The position numbers were made by a program, and so were the translations under genes. DNA of 64,000 bases from Mobula hypostoma. Its lineage: Eukaryota. The stretch spans positions 87,050,001-87,114,000 of the forward strand of contig NC_086108.1 of the NCBI RefSeq assembly GCF_963921235.1. Reading direction: 5' to 3'. Below the pieces are notes generated by a model. It was not told where the DNA came from, ran no database searches, and worked only from the letters and a program-made list of their open reading frames with translations. Below, one piece after another: positions 49,200-62,310 of this stretch (positions are counted from its first letter, which is position 1; each line of letters starts with the position of its first letter).

Positions 49200-50085
49200 T
49201 TAGGCCCCACTCCACCAGGGTCAGGAGCAGCTATTATCTACAACCACCAGGCTCCTAAAGAGGCATGGATAGCTTCATTCACTACAACCCTGAATAATTG
49301 CACAACCTACAGACTCCCTTTCAAGGAGTCACTACAGTAATATTTATCTTTTTATTTGCACTATTTGTCATCTTTTGCACATTGATTGTTTGCTAGTCCT
49401 TGTTTATATATAGTTTTTTTTTATAAATTCTATTGCATTTCTTTGTTTTTCTTCAAGAAAATTAATCTCAATGTAGTATATGCTAACATATATGTACTTT
49501 GGTAATAATTATTACTTTGATGTTAACTTTGAAAAGATATAAGGGAGTTGCCTGCTTGAACCACCACCATCCTTGTAAGAAAGGTGTAGTTTATTGGGAA
49601 ATTGCAGAATATTGGCCACTGGCAATAGACGAACGAGGATATATTTCCAATTCAAGCCACAACAGTGGCTATATTTCATTAGGAGTTTGAGAAAGAGTGA
49701 GCAGTTTCAAGTTCCTGGGTGTCAAATTCTCTAAGGGTCTAACCTGGACCCAAAATATTGATCCAGCTACAAAGAAGAGATGACAGTGGCTATATTTCAT
49801 TAGGAGGTTGAGAAGATTTGGTATGTCTCCAAACACACTTGAAAATTTCTACCGATGTACCACGAGAGCTCTCTAACTGGCTGCATCACTCTCTGGTATG
49901 GGGGTGGGGGGAGCCTACAGCACCAGGATCAAACTAAACTGCAGAGAGTTGTAAATTTAGTCAGCACTAGCCTCCATAGTATCCCAGGACATCTTCAAAG
50001 AGTGATGCCTCAAAAAGGTGGCATCCAACATTAAGGGCTCCTATCACCCAGGTCATGCCTTTGTCTCATTGCTACCATCGGAAGC
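49200..50085 (+). mobile_element. Two Rex1/Babar-type fragments (49200-49532 and 49655-50085)
   Basis: gcagtttcaagttcctgggtgtc (SFKFLGV); tactttgatgttaactttga tail. Confidence 0.65.
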
Positions 50086-50247
50086 TGCAGGGTCGCCCGT
50101 GATGGGCTCTCTATGTACTTGGGTCCTGAGATCTATGTGCAGCATTTGAAGAAACTCTTAAACACTGCTGCAGGCTACTTTGATATGCATTGATACCACC
50201 GTACACTGGTGATGGAAAGTAGACACGTTTAAGGCGATAGATAGGAA

Positions 50248-51778
50248 ACAGAATCAGAATCTGAATCAGGTTTATTATCACCGGCATGTGTCGTGAAATT
50301 TGTTAACTTAGCAGCAGCAGTTCAATGCCATACATAATATAGAAGAAAAAAATAAAATAATGATAATAAATCAATTACAGTATGCGTATATTGAATAGAT
50401 TAAAAATCATGCAAAAAAAACCCAAATAATATATATTAAAAAGTAAGGTAGTGTTCAAGGGTTCAATGTCCATTTAGGAATCGGATGGCAGAGGGGAGGA
50501 AGCTGTTCCTGAATCGCTGTGTGTGTGCCTTCAGGCTTCTGTACCTCCTACCTGATGGTAACAGTGAGAAAAGGGCATGCCCTGGGTGCTGAAGGTTAGT
50601 AATAATGGACGCTGCCTTTCTGAGACACTGTTCCTTGAAGATGTCCTGGGTACTTTGTAGGCCAGTAGCCAAAATGGAGCTGACGAAATTTACCACCCTC
50701 TGCAGCTTCTCTCAGTCCTGTGCAGAAGCCCCTCCCCCCCACCCCACTCCCGCTCCGTACCAGACGGTGATGAAGCCTGTCGGAATGCTCTCGGCCGTAC
50801 ATCTATAGAAGTTTTTGAGTGTATTTACTGGCATGCCAAATCTCTTCAAACTCCTAATGAAGTATAGTCACTGTCTTGCCTTCTTTATAACTACATCAGT
50901 ATGTTGGGACCAGGTTAGATTCTCAGAGATCTTGACACCCAAGAACTTGAAACTGCTCACTCTCTCCACTTCTGATCCCTCGATGAGGATTGTTATGTGT
51001 TCCTTCATCTTGCCCTTCCTGAAGTCCACAATCAGCTCTTTCGTCTTACTGACGTTGAGTGCCAGGTTGTTGCTGCAACACCATTCCACTAGTTGGCATA
51101 TCTCACTCCTGTACACCTTCTGGTTGCCACCTGAGATTCTACCAACAATAGTTGTATCTCCAGCAAATTTATAGATAGTATTTGAGTTATGCCTAGCCAC
51201 ACAGTCATGGCGATAGAGAGAGTAGAGCAGTGGGCTAAGCACAAACCCCTGAGGTGCACCAGAGTTGATCGTCAGCGAGGAGGAGATGTTATCACCAATC
51301 TGCACAGATTGTGGCCTTCTGGTTAGGAAGTCGAGTATCCATCCATTTGCAGAGGGAGGTACAGAGGCCCAAGTTCTATAACTTCTCAATCAAGATTGTG
51401 GGAATGATGGTATTAAATGCTGAGCGATAGTCGATGATCAGCATCCTGACATAGGTGTTTGTGTCGTCCAGGTGATCTAAAGCCGTGTGAAGAGCCATTG
51501 AGATTGCATCTGCCATTGACCTATTGTGACAGTAGGCAAATTGCAATGAGTCCAGGTCCTTGCTGAGTCAGGAGTTCAGTCTGGTCATGGCCAACCTCTC
51601 AAAGCATTTCATCACTGTCGATGTGAGAGCTACCAGACGATAGTCATTAAGGCAGCCACGTTATTCTTCTTAGGCACTGGTGTAATTGTTACTCTTTTGA
51701 AGCAAGAGGGAACTTCCGCCAGTAGCAGTAAGAGGTTGAAAATGTCCTTGAATACTGCCGCCAGTTGGTTGGCACAAG
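50248..51778 (-). mobile_element. Rex1/Babar-type LINE RT fragment, relatively well preserved
   Basis: [58 protein letters not shown]; (cagaat)n tail. Confidence 0.9.
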
Positions 51779-51779
51779 T

Positions 51780-52590
51780 GTTAGGTTTAATATCACCTGC
51801 ATATGTCATGAAATTTATTGCAGGAGCAGAACAATGCATACATAATAACAGAAAAAATTGTGAATTACATATATATCAAATAGTTAAATTAAATAAATAG
51901 TGCAAAAATAGAAATAAAAGCAGTAGTGAGGTAGTGTTGATGGAGGGTCTCTGCCCAAAACATCAACTGTGCTGTTTTTCATAGATGCTGCCTGGCCTGC
52001 TGAGTTCCTCCAGAATTTTGTGAGTGTTGGTCTGGATTTCCAGCATCTGCAGATTTTCTTGTGCTGGTGAAGTAGTGTTCATGGGTTCAATATCCATTCA
52101 GAAATCGGATGGCAGAGGAAAGGAGATGTTCCTGAACGGTTGAGTGTGTGCTTTGGGCTTCTGTGCCTTCCTCCTGATGGTAGCGATGAGAACAAGGCAT
52201 GACCTGTGTGATGGGGTCCTTATTACACACACCGGCTTTCCGAGGCATTGCTCTTTGAAGGTGAGCTGAATACTATGGAAGCTAGTGCTGATTAAATTTA
52301 CAACTCTCTGCAGCTTATTTTGGTCCTGTGATGCAGCCAGTTAGAATGCTCTCCATGGTACTTCTGTATAAATTTTTGAGTGTTTTTGGAGACATACCAA
52401 ATCTTCTCAAACTCCTAATGAAATATAGCCACTGTCATTTATTCTTTGTAGCTGCATCAATATCTTGGGTCCAGATTAGATCTTCAGAGATACTGACACC
52501 CAAGAACTTGAAATTGCTCACTCTTTCCACTTCTGAACCCTCTATGAGGACCGGTGTGTGTGTTCCCTCATCTTACCCTTTCTGAAGTCA
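51780..52590 (-). mobile_element. Rex1/Babar-type 3' fragment with a PLE-end relic at ~51939-52065
   Basis: Colinear with 50270-51025; insert gatggagggtctctgcccaaaacatc...cagcatctgcaga flanked by repeated gtga.gtagtgtt. Confidence 0.75.
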
Positions 52591-53309
52591 TGCCAATCAC
52601 ATAGATTTTCTCATGGATAACATCAAAACACAATAGACGTGATTTGCTAGACTATTATTCAAACGGACAAGTGGGCAGTATTCCTTCATGCTCAGGATTT
52701 GTGCTTTAGGGTAAGAAAATGAATTACCAGCCATAGAATATTCACTTTCTGATTTGCACTTAGAGGCACAGCATTTATATGCTGGTTCAGGTGCATTATT
52801 GGTTATTGGGGTTCCAATCTGTTAGTGATGGGGAATTCAGTGGATCTGTTAAATGGCATCAGGAAATAGTAAGCCCTCTCTTGTTGGATATGTTGATTGC
52901 TTGGCATTGATGGGGTACTGTTTGCCGTGAATTAACCTACTCCTGAAAGTCATTCACTTTTAGACTACTTTGTGAAGAATCACTTCAATTCAGACTTCTC
53001 TTCTTAAAAAGCACCTGCCACACATGGACTCCATGTGTGAAAAGGAACTGACCAAGTAGTTTGGTCTTTTTACCCAGGTTACTGATTACACATTCCATTC
53101 AAATTCCCTTGCTTAATTTAACCAATGAGAGCCCCCATTTAAATAATGCAATACTTGCCACCGAAACCAAAAGGTTTCTACAAAGATGCAAAGCAATTGC
53201 AATGATTACAAAACACACTGAACAATTACCTGTACATAAGTAATTATATAAAAGCACAAACAAGTATAAGAAAGTTAAACTACAATGGAAATAATAATAA
53301 TACAGTCCA

Positions 53310-54260
53310 TTCCAACAGCCATGAGGCCTTCTGAGTTTGCTCCATCAATCATTACGATCATAGGTGATCTTCTGCCTCAGCACTATTTGGTATCACTATA
53401 CCCACTTTAATTGCTTTTGTGAATATCCAGAAATCTATTAATCATAGTTTTGAGTCTGAGTCTATTCAATATCCGCCCATAAGGCAAACCTATCTTTGGA
53501 ACCAGAAATGAATCTTAATTGCACTTCCTCTATGATATAAATTGCCTTTCTTAAGTAAGAAGACCAAAACCATACACAATACTCCAAGTGTGGTTGCATC
53601 AGGAGACTATTTAATTTTAATAAGGTCACTTTATTCCTGTATTCTAATTCCCCTTTCATAATCAAAGCTGACAAAACATTTATCTTTCCTATCACTTATT
53701 GCACCTGCACGTTGGCTTTCGGTGATCCCTGTACAAGGAAGGCAAAGTGCCTTTGAACATCAACACAATCTATCAGCATGACAGCATTGTGGTTCGCACC
53801 AACACCTTACAGGGACAGCTATAAGTCCAGGGGTCAATTCTGCCACAGCTTGGAATGAGTTTGTACATTCTCCACATGACCACATGGAATTCCTCCGGGT
53901 GCTTCAGTTTCCTCCCACATTCTAAAGACGTATGGATTAGGGTTAGTAAACTGTGGGCATTCCATTTTGGTGCTTGAAGCCAGGCTTCCCCCGGTACAGT
54001 TATCAGACTGTGTCGGTCTTTGATGCAAACGGTGCATTTCGCTGAATGTTTCGATGTTTTGATGTACATGTGACGAATAAATCTAATCTTTCTAATCTGC
54101 TCTGCCTTTCTGTTTTAAAGCACTCGTGCTGCTACTCAAAAGCTCACCAAGTTGGGAATGCGGCAGTAACGAGTACCAAAGTGGATGAGCTCAGATTCTT
54201 GCACGGTTTATTCCAAAGCCATGTTTTGCTGCACTCACTCAGCTTGTTTCAAACCCCTTG
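53310..54260 (-). mobile_element. Old CR1 fragment interrupted by a SINE
   Basis: ORF 53462-53695(-) LMQPHLEYCVWFWSSYLRK. Confidence 0.7.
53775..54098 (+). mobile_element. V-SINE/HE1-like SINE
   Basis: ggggtcaattc B-box-like; gagtttgtacattctcc..tcctccgggtgcttcagtttcctcccacattc; tail aataaatctaatctttctaatct. Confidence 0.75.
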
Positions 54261-54639
54261 AAAACTCGGCCACGTTCACTCTTTGGTATTATCAGAAAGC
54301 TGTCCCTCCCAAATGACACGAGAAGCTAGTTCCACCACCGATATTATTCAACAATTTGAGCTGGACAATAACTACGTCAGGCAGAACACATCAGCAACAT
54401 AATATTTAAATCCCAAATGTTAGTGAGGAAACAAACGGGCAGTTATGTAATCCAGCTGATCTTGCTGGGGCAGTGTTTTTAATTAATCTACGCCGTTCTA
54501 TGTTGCATGTCTTTGAGTACTTTCATGTACGTGGCAGGCCTGCCATTAACTGCATTTGGGTGATACCTGTCAGGTGGAAAATGTGAGGTGAAATTCGTAT
54601 CCATTAGCACTTTTACACTCAATAAAATTCCCAAATGCA

Positions 54640-55212
54640 ATAGGTGATAATGGATTCTCCTGCTATTTGATGTTCTTTTGACTGAGCTGACAACCATGTC
54701 ATAAATATAAGGGAGACCCCCAGTTTACCCCAGTTTAAAATGAAACCTTTGATAGACTGTACCAAATGTACAGACCAGAAGATGATGGAAGTCTGCAACA
54801 ATGATCAGAGATTAAGGGAGCTAGGGCTTTACTCTTTGGAGAGGAGGAGGATGAGGGGAGACATGATAGAGGTGTACAAGATAATAGGAGGAATAGATAG
54901 AGTAGATAGCTAGCGCCTCTTCCCCAGGGCACCACTGCTCAATACAAGAGGACATGGCTTTAAGGTAAGGGGTGGAAAGTTCAAGGGGGATATTAGAGGA
55001 AGGTTTTTTACTCAGAGAGTGGTTGGTGCGTGGAATGCACTGCCTGAGTCAGTGGTGGAGGCAGATACACTAGTGAAGTTTAAGAGGCTACTAGACAGGT
55101 ATTTGGAGGAATTTAAGGTGGGGGCTTATATGGGAGGCAGGGTTTGAGGGTCGGCACAACATTGTGGGCCGAAGGGCCTGTACTGTGCTGTACTATTCTA
55201 TATTCTATGTTT
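54640..55212 (+). mobile_element. CR1 3' fragment (54805-55212 plus; older minus fragment at 54640-54800)
   Basis: gaggatgaggggagacatgatagaggtgtacaag; ggccgaagggcctgtactgtgctgtac; (ttctat)n tail. Confidence 0.8.
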
Positions 55213-55214
55213 TA

Positions 55215-55345
55215 TTAAAATAGAAAATACTGGAAATATTCAACAGGTCAGGCAGCATCTGTAGAGATGCATTCTGAAATCTTACTTCTGATTTACTCTG
55301 CACAGACGGTGCCTGACCTGTTGAGAGTGGCAGCATTTTCTGTTT
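55215..55345. repeat. PLE-terminal relic with inverted arms
   Basis: caacaggtcaggcagcatctgt / acagacggtgcctgacctgttg. Confidence 0.55.
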
Positions 55346-57154
55346 GATTTGATTGTCTAGAGGTCATTAATATATAGCAAGAACAGCTTAATTTACACAT
55401 CACTACAAAGATATTCATTTTTCCCAAACCTTAACAGTTCTCTGCAGAGTCCTTTGGGATTCGTAAAATACAATGATTGAAATAATAGAATTCTAACTGA
55501 TGTCTGAAAGTAAAATGGCAAAGTGATTTGCTTCCAATTTTCTCAGAAGGCTACAGGTTCAGGTCATCTGAAGATTTATTTCTCCAGATCCAATACAGTA
55601 ATGTTTTATGTGGAGACATTTTGCTGTGCTGAGACTAATTCCCGAGTTCTGCAACACAAAATTTAAACAGACCTAGATTACTGGAAAATAAATGATGAAT
55701 GTCCATTCAAATGATCACTTGTGATAGGCCTACTCTTTAGGAAGGGGTAGATTCAAATCCTGATCAACATATTTCCAACAAAAAATCACTTCCGATAATA
55801 ACAATTGTTGAGGCACTCATTGCTGATGAATATATAAAAAAATATAGGAGCAGTAATGGGCCACAGGCCATGCTTTTCAATGTAACCATGGAAAATCTAC
55901 CCCAAGCCTCAGCCCTCCTTCTTTGTCAATTTCCTTAGCCTTAAATCCCTTGATCTTTCAAAAATGTGTGTTAGCTCCCTATTAGGTACATTAGTGATCT
56001 AGCCACACAACCATCTGGGATAGAGACTTCTGGAAGTTCACCACACTGGAACAAACTGCCAGAGGAAGTGGAGGATGTGGGCTCAATTTCAATACTTAAG
56101 AGAAGGTTATATTAATACATTGAGTGGAGGCATATGGAGGGCAAAGATCCAGATGCAGGGCGATGGAATTAGGCAGATTAGATGGGCCAAAGAGCCTGTT
56201 TTTGTGCTGTAGTGCTCGAAGACTCTGTGACCCTCTATGAGAAGAAATGTCTATTGCACTTCAGTTTTATTTTGCTCCCTGTTTATAATGTAGAAAATGT
56301 CCCCTTGTTCAATATTCGCCCCCTCATGGAAACATCTCATTATTCCCCGTTTCATACACCCTCAGGCTCTCGCATTGGGTGGTGAATAGTTAGAAATCTT
56401 TGCCCGAGGGGGTTGCGGAGGATAGATCATTGAAGCTGTATAAAGATCAACAAGCTGGCACAGAAGAGCAAATGAGACTGAGTGCAGAGCAGCCATGAAG
56501 ATATTGAAGCAAGTCCATGGAGTTGATTATTGACTTCAGGAGGAGGGAAAAAAAGAGGTCCATAAGCCAGTCCTCATTGGTGGATCAGAGGTGGGGAAGG
56601 TCAACAACTTTAAATTCCCTGGATGTTATTTTGCTGGACTTGTCATGGGTTTAGCACATACATAAAATTATGAAAAAAGCACGGCAGTGCCTCTACTTCC
56701 TTAGGAGTTTGTGAAGAATCAGCATGACATCTAAACTGTTGACAGACTTCTACAGATGTGTACTAAAGAGTGTATTGACTGGCTGAGTCACACCCTTGAA
56801 TGGAAAGTCCTCCAAAAAGTTGTGAATACAGCCCAGTCCATCATGGGTAAAGCCCTCCCCACCATTGAGCACATCTATATTGTTGTAGGAAAGCAGCATC
56901 CATTATCAAGGACCACCACCACCTAGGCCATGCTCCCTTCTCACTGCTGCCATCAGGAGGAAGCCTGAGGACTCATACCACCAGGTTCAGGTACAGCTTT
57001 TACCCCTCCAAAGGGGATAACTTCATTCAACTTCTCTTGCCCCATCACTGAAATGTTCTCAAAACCTATGGACTCACTTTCAAGGATTCTTCATCTCATG
57101 TTCTCAATATTTATTGTTTTTTTTAATTTATTTACTTATTTGTTTTAAAAAAAA

Positions 57155-57592
57155 GCAATGCTGCAGACTTTAACAGCAAGTTTTTGTCTTTGTTGGTCTC
57201 CCCTTTCACTGTGAAAGGAGGACACCTCTCTGTCCCTTTATTAGGGAGAGAGACCGCCTGTGGTATGTTGAATTGTTGGGTGAACAATTAGTTTTTGCTG
57301 TACTGCAGGTCATGGTCTCTTTTGGGGGCTTTGCTATTGTTTGTTTTGTGGGTGGCTGGTGCTGATGCTTTTTTTTGCCAAAGTAAGGTGCTGGAGGGGG
57401 TGGGCCATTGTTTTGATGCTGCTTGTGCGTGTGGGGGGAGTGGGGGGGGGCTTTGGTGTTCTAACTTTTTTTTACTGTCACTCATTCTTTGGGGCACTCT
57501 TCCATTTTCATGGACGTCTGTGAAGAACAAGAATTTCAGGTTGTATGATGTATACATTCTCTGATATTAGATGGAACTATTGAAATATTGAA
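57155..57592 (+). mobile_element. SINE-like element, same family as 31375-32076
   Basis: ctgtgaaa..acctct..cctt.attagggagagag..gcctgtggtatg shared; tail tattgaaatattgaaa. Confidence 0.7.
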
Positions 57593-57770
57593 ATATTTAT
57601 GACTATTATTTCTTTCTTTTTGTATTTTCACAGTTTGTTGTCTTTTGCAGACTACTTGAATGCCGATGTTGATGCGGTCTTTCATTGATTCTATTATGAT
57701 TATTATTCCATTATGGATTTATTGCATATACCCAAAGAAAATGAATCTTGGGGTTGTATATAGTGATATA

Positions 57771-58091
57771 CGAGGGGTGATTGATAAGTTTGTGGCCTAA
57801 GGTAGACGGAGTCAATTTTAGAAAACCTAGCACATTTATTTTTCAACATAGTCCCCTCCTACATTTACACACTTAGTCCAACGGTTGTGGAGCATATGGA
57901 TCTTGGACCTCCAGAAAGAGTCCGCAGCAGGGGTGATTGATAAGTTTGTGGCCTAAGGTAGAAGGAGATGAGTTATGCAGCTCTCGTTATATGCACATGC
58001 AGGTCAACTCTTTGAGTGATTATGCAGAAAGTTTGAATTTAATAACTCATCTCCTTCTACCTTAGGCCACGAACTTATATATCATCCCTTG
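57771..58091. mobile_element. mariner-type MITE with an extra internal TIR copy
   Basis: TA|CGAGGGGTGATTGATAAGTTTGTGGCCTAAGG ... CCTTAGGCCACGAACTTAT..ATCCCTTG|TA; internal copy at ~57929-57975. Confidence 0.8.
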
Positions 58092-58249
58092 TATTTTGAT
58101 AATAAATTTACTTTGAACTTTGAATGTGCAATTGGACAATTTTGACTGGTGAAACACAACAAATTCTGTATCTTGAGCTAACTTGCCTTCTGTCTGTAAC
58201 AGATATCAATCTCTGATAATTACTCAGCTTGTTTGTTCCCTTGCCCATG

Positions 58250-58565
58250 GAAACATAATGGTTAGCGAATTGCTTTGGAGCGCCAGCTGTAAGATTGAGG
58301 TTCTATTCCCGCTACTGTTCGTACGGAGTTGGTACTCCCCCCGTGACTGTGTCGGTTTCTTCTGGGTGCTCCAGTTTCCTCCCACATTCCAAAGACATAC
58401 ATCGAGAGCTAATGAGTTGTGGACATAATATGGCGACGAAACATGATTTGTGGCAACACTTGTGGGCTGCCCAACGTAATTCTCACTAATTTGATTTGAC
58501 ACAAACAAAGCATTTCACTGTATGTTTTGCTGTACATATGACAAACAAAGATAATCTTTCTTTCT
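58250..58565 (+). mobile_element. V-SINE/HE1-like SINE
   Basis: ggttctattccc; tctgggtgctccagtttcctcccacattccaaagac. Confidence 0.75.
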
Positions 58566-58599
58566 AAACTGTTTGTTAGTCTTTTATCTTTCCTTTTTT

Positions 58600-58965
58600 C
58601 CCCTCTCCAATTTGAGGCAAAACTGACCTGCTGGACATACAGTAACCCTCCCTCTTTTCCCCGCCCCATATTTCTGCTCAACTCTCACCTGTGTTCTCAG
58701 TCTCACTCACTGACCAGATAACATTAGTTGCAGCCTATCTCCATGATCACCCCCAGTTTTATCCTTTTAGTGAAATCATCCCTTCTCTTCCACCCTCCCT
58801 GCAGAAATAAGAACTTCTATTCTGTTCTTCCCAGTTTGTATGAAGGGTCTTTGACCTGAAATATGAATTCTTTTTCTCCTCCCACAGATCTAGAAGAAAC
58901 TGTGAAGCATTTCTGCTTAAGTTTTACACTTTTGATAAATGCATATACAGCATCTGGATTTTCAT
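58600..58965 (+). repeat. Old PLE 3' relic
   Basis: tatgaagggtctttgacctgaaatatg decayed hammerhead; cagcatctg. Confidence 0.45.
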
Positions 58966-59559
58966 TTCATGGAGAAAAGGGATTTGTTTACTTGTTGCTC
59001 ATACATAAACAGCTGACAGTACTGACCCGAACTGGCCCAATGCCTGGTGAATGTGAAATGCATCATGTCGTGTATGTAATTATCACTAAAACTCGTATGT
59101 CAGCCTTCTGAACAATAAGGTATATTATTTATTAAGGAGTGCTATGGTGAGTGCACTCCAACAATAGATGCTGTCCTCTGAGCAACTTCTGAAAATTTCT
59201 TTCAGAAAGCTAACAAAAGACTTAGTACAATGGAACAATTAACCTCAGGTAATATAATTACAGTTCATGGGTGCATGAAGTTAACTGTAAACACAATCGC
59301 ACAATATGACAATATTTTACGTTAGATGCGGAGGTCTTCATTTATAGGGTGAAATTAACCCATAATCTCGCTGTGTATCTAATATTAGAAAATTACCAAG
59401 TACTTAGAGCACAAATGGGTTTGGTGAGTCACTCTGCTTCCTTAATAAAAGGAGTTACAGTGCGATCATTCAAGTCGAATATGATGTTCTACTAAGCGGT
59501 TGTCTATTGCTGCGCTTTCAGGTGCCTGCAGACTTTACTAACGTGATTAGTCAAGTTTT

Positions 59560-59930
59560 CAGGCCGATCCAGGATCCAGATAAATGGAAAACAACTGCAT
59601 GTGACCTTGTTTAACGTGAGGAGGCTGGTGCACAGACAGCCACCACTTGGTCCCTGACAGAACGCGGTCGGGGTCCAGGGGCGTGGAACGCGAGATGTCT
59701 GAGGACCCATCCTCTGCCTACACTGCCGTTCTGATGTGTTATCATCTTCCTCTGCCTTTACTGTTAAGGTCTTGGTTGGATGGCTGTTTGTCTGGAACCT
59801 CTCCCTTGACCTTACTGCCATGGATGACCCTTCCAGGAGCTAGGTGCCACATTGCTAACCTCCAGAAGGCATCACTCTCGGGATCTCAGGAACTAACACG
59901 CCCCTCCACCACAACAAGGTGACAATCCTT
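59560..59930 (-). mobile_element. RTE-derived short element related to 3246-3673
   Basis: aggtcttggttgg...ccatggatgaccct.ccaggagc...ctctcgggatc.cagga...ctccaccacaacaaggtgacaatc shared. Confidence 0.65.
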
Positions 59931-61064
59931 AAGGAAGCTTAATGGAAGGAGGTGGTATAAAGGCATAGTTCACCAAGAAAATAAACCTAAATAAAAACAT
60001 GGATCAACTTTTTAAAAAGATCAAAAATTCTAATCCGCATCCTTTCAGTTATAATGTTGCCCCCTTCCCTCTCTTTTGACAACAGCATATTGTGCGATTG
60101 AATTATTCCGCTAGGGCGCACACTGATGGCAGATTAAATATCAGCAGCAGTCAGGAGGCATTCTTTATCTGTGCTGCTGCAAATGTCACAATAAAGAAGA
60201 TGCTTTTGACATTTCTGTGCTTGCCTTCTGCTCAGAGTAAGATCTATAGAAATGCATCACAGAAAAAAAAAAGTCAGCTTGTGAAACAATCTAACTGGTG
60301 CAGCCCATCAAAAAGGAATATGGTTGTATTAAAGGTCACAGGTAGTGGTGCATCTTTGAAACACACAAAGGTAATCTAAGAAAGGATGTCTGATTTAGCA
60401 TCACACAGAAATCAGTCAATGCTTTATACTTCCAAGCAGTTTAAGAAGATTCATGCAAGAGAGGTAGACTATGGTACATCTCTCCTCTCCAGCGCTCAAG
60501 GCAGGATTTTAAAATTGAAAAAAATGTCATGTCCAAACTTATCAGCTTAAATTTCAATCATGCTCAAGTGAAATTAAGAAATGCTTTTTGATTTTTATTT
60601 TCTTCCAAATGATGCTCAGGAACCTTCGAGCTGAGTTACAGCAAAAGTTTCGTGGAGGGTAAATCTCCATCAAAAATTTGCCTCTGCTCAATTCTCGGAA
60701 GAACTGCACACACAACATTTTCTCCAGTATCTCACTTCACTTTTCTGGTGGAATTCCCAATTTTATAACAAATTAGTTACACTTTTGCATCAAAATGAAA
60801 TTTACAGCCAAGTGACTTTCATCCCAGCAGCCTGTGCATGAAATAAGGCAATGTCTAGTCCTTCATATTAACTGGTCTACAAACATATGAAAATGCTGGA
60901 CTGGAAATATCTGGCATATGTCTCCTGTTCCATAGGGTTCTGTTATCTCCTTATCATGCCTCTCCACAATCCTGGGTGTCGTAAATTTTCCACAAAAGCT
61001 GAAATGGAAAACATATTCCAACAGCAATGAAGACTGGAGGTGTCCTCATTAATGTAGGAAGAGC

Positions 61065-61495
61065 ATATGATAGTTCTGGGTCTGTGCTCACTGGAGTTTA
61101 GAAGAATGGAGGAGGATCTCATTGAAACCTACCAAATACTGAAAGTCCTATATAGAGTGGATGTGCAGAGAATGTTTAAAATAGTGGGGGAGTCTAGAAC
61201 CAGAGGGCACAACCGCAGGATGGAAAAACGTCCCTTTAAGACTGAGATGAAGAGGAGTTTCTTTAGCTAGAGAGTGGCTAATTTGTGGAATTCATTGCCA
61301 CCTATGACTTCGGAGGCCATATCATAGGGTATCTTTAAAGCAGAGATTGATAAGTTCTTAATTAGTAAGAGTGTTAGGGTTTCAGGGAGAAGGCAGGAGA
61401 ATGGTGTTGAGAGGAAAAATAAATCAGCCATGATCAAATGATGGAGCAGACGTGATGGGCTGAATGGCCTAATTCTGCTCCTATGTCTTATGGAG
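61065..61495 (+). mobile_element. CR1 3' fragment
   Basis: LGLCSLEFRRMEEDLIETYQILK...ESRTRGH; ggcctaattctgctcctatgtcttatgg. Confidence 0.8.
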
Positions 61496-62310
61496 ATGCA
61501 GTGAAGCAGATCTCATCAACAATCTAGTCATACCTTTAAAATAAAGTTGGAAGTCATTGGGAAATTAAACTGCAATTCGAAAGCATACCAACCGTTGGCT
61601 ACCAGGTGGATTTGTTTAATTAACTATGAAAAATTTCACTTGATGGCCCTGTTGCTTCAAGTTTAATGACTTAGCTGTTTGCCAGAGGAATCCAGGGAGC
61701 CAGCAGATAAAGAGAATGTAATTTCCTGGCACTATAGGATTGACTCATTTAACAAAGTCATTAGCTTCTCACATTTTGCTCATCAGGGGACCTGGTCAAT
61801 GAACCTGACATGGCTGCAAACTGTTGGGGGTATCCATCAGCTGTGCCCATGCAGACGAGTGCCTGTATTCCAGACACATTCTCCTGATCCTGACCTGCTG
61901 CAAGAGGCAGTCTACCATCAGCGGCAGTGTTTATCATTCACACAGCGCCCTACGTTTACCGATCTCAGCTGCTCGAAGAGCACTGTCCAAACCTGTGACC
62001 ACTACCACCAAGATGGAAGCAATTTTAGGTGCAGGGAAGATGGTCCTCTCCCCATCTCATTCTATCCTGACTTGTCCTTCGCCAGTCCTTCTGTTGCTGT
62101 GTCTAAGCTCCCTCCCCAGTAGCATTATGATCACTTTCAGGAGAAGGACTGCGGTGGTTCAGGAAGGCAGCACATTATCAAGGACAATTAGAGATTAGCA
62201 ATAAATAATACATTTACCCGTGATGACCAGAACCTGAAAGTAAATCCAGCATTTTGTGTGTATTGAATAGTCTTTAGAGATTTTTCTTTTGTTTGAATTT
62301 GTTATATATA

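Larger units (their letters stand above)
56460..58125 (+). mobile_element. Rex1/Babar-type LINE 3' fragment with nested SINE and mariner MITE
   Basis: gagttgattattgacttcagg (ELIIDFR); tail aataaatttactttgaactttga. Confidence 0.8.
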
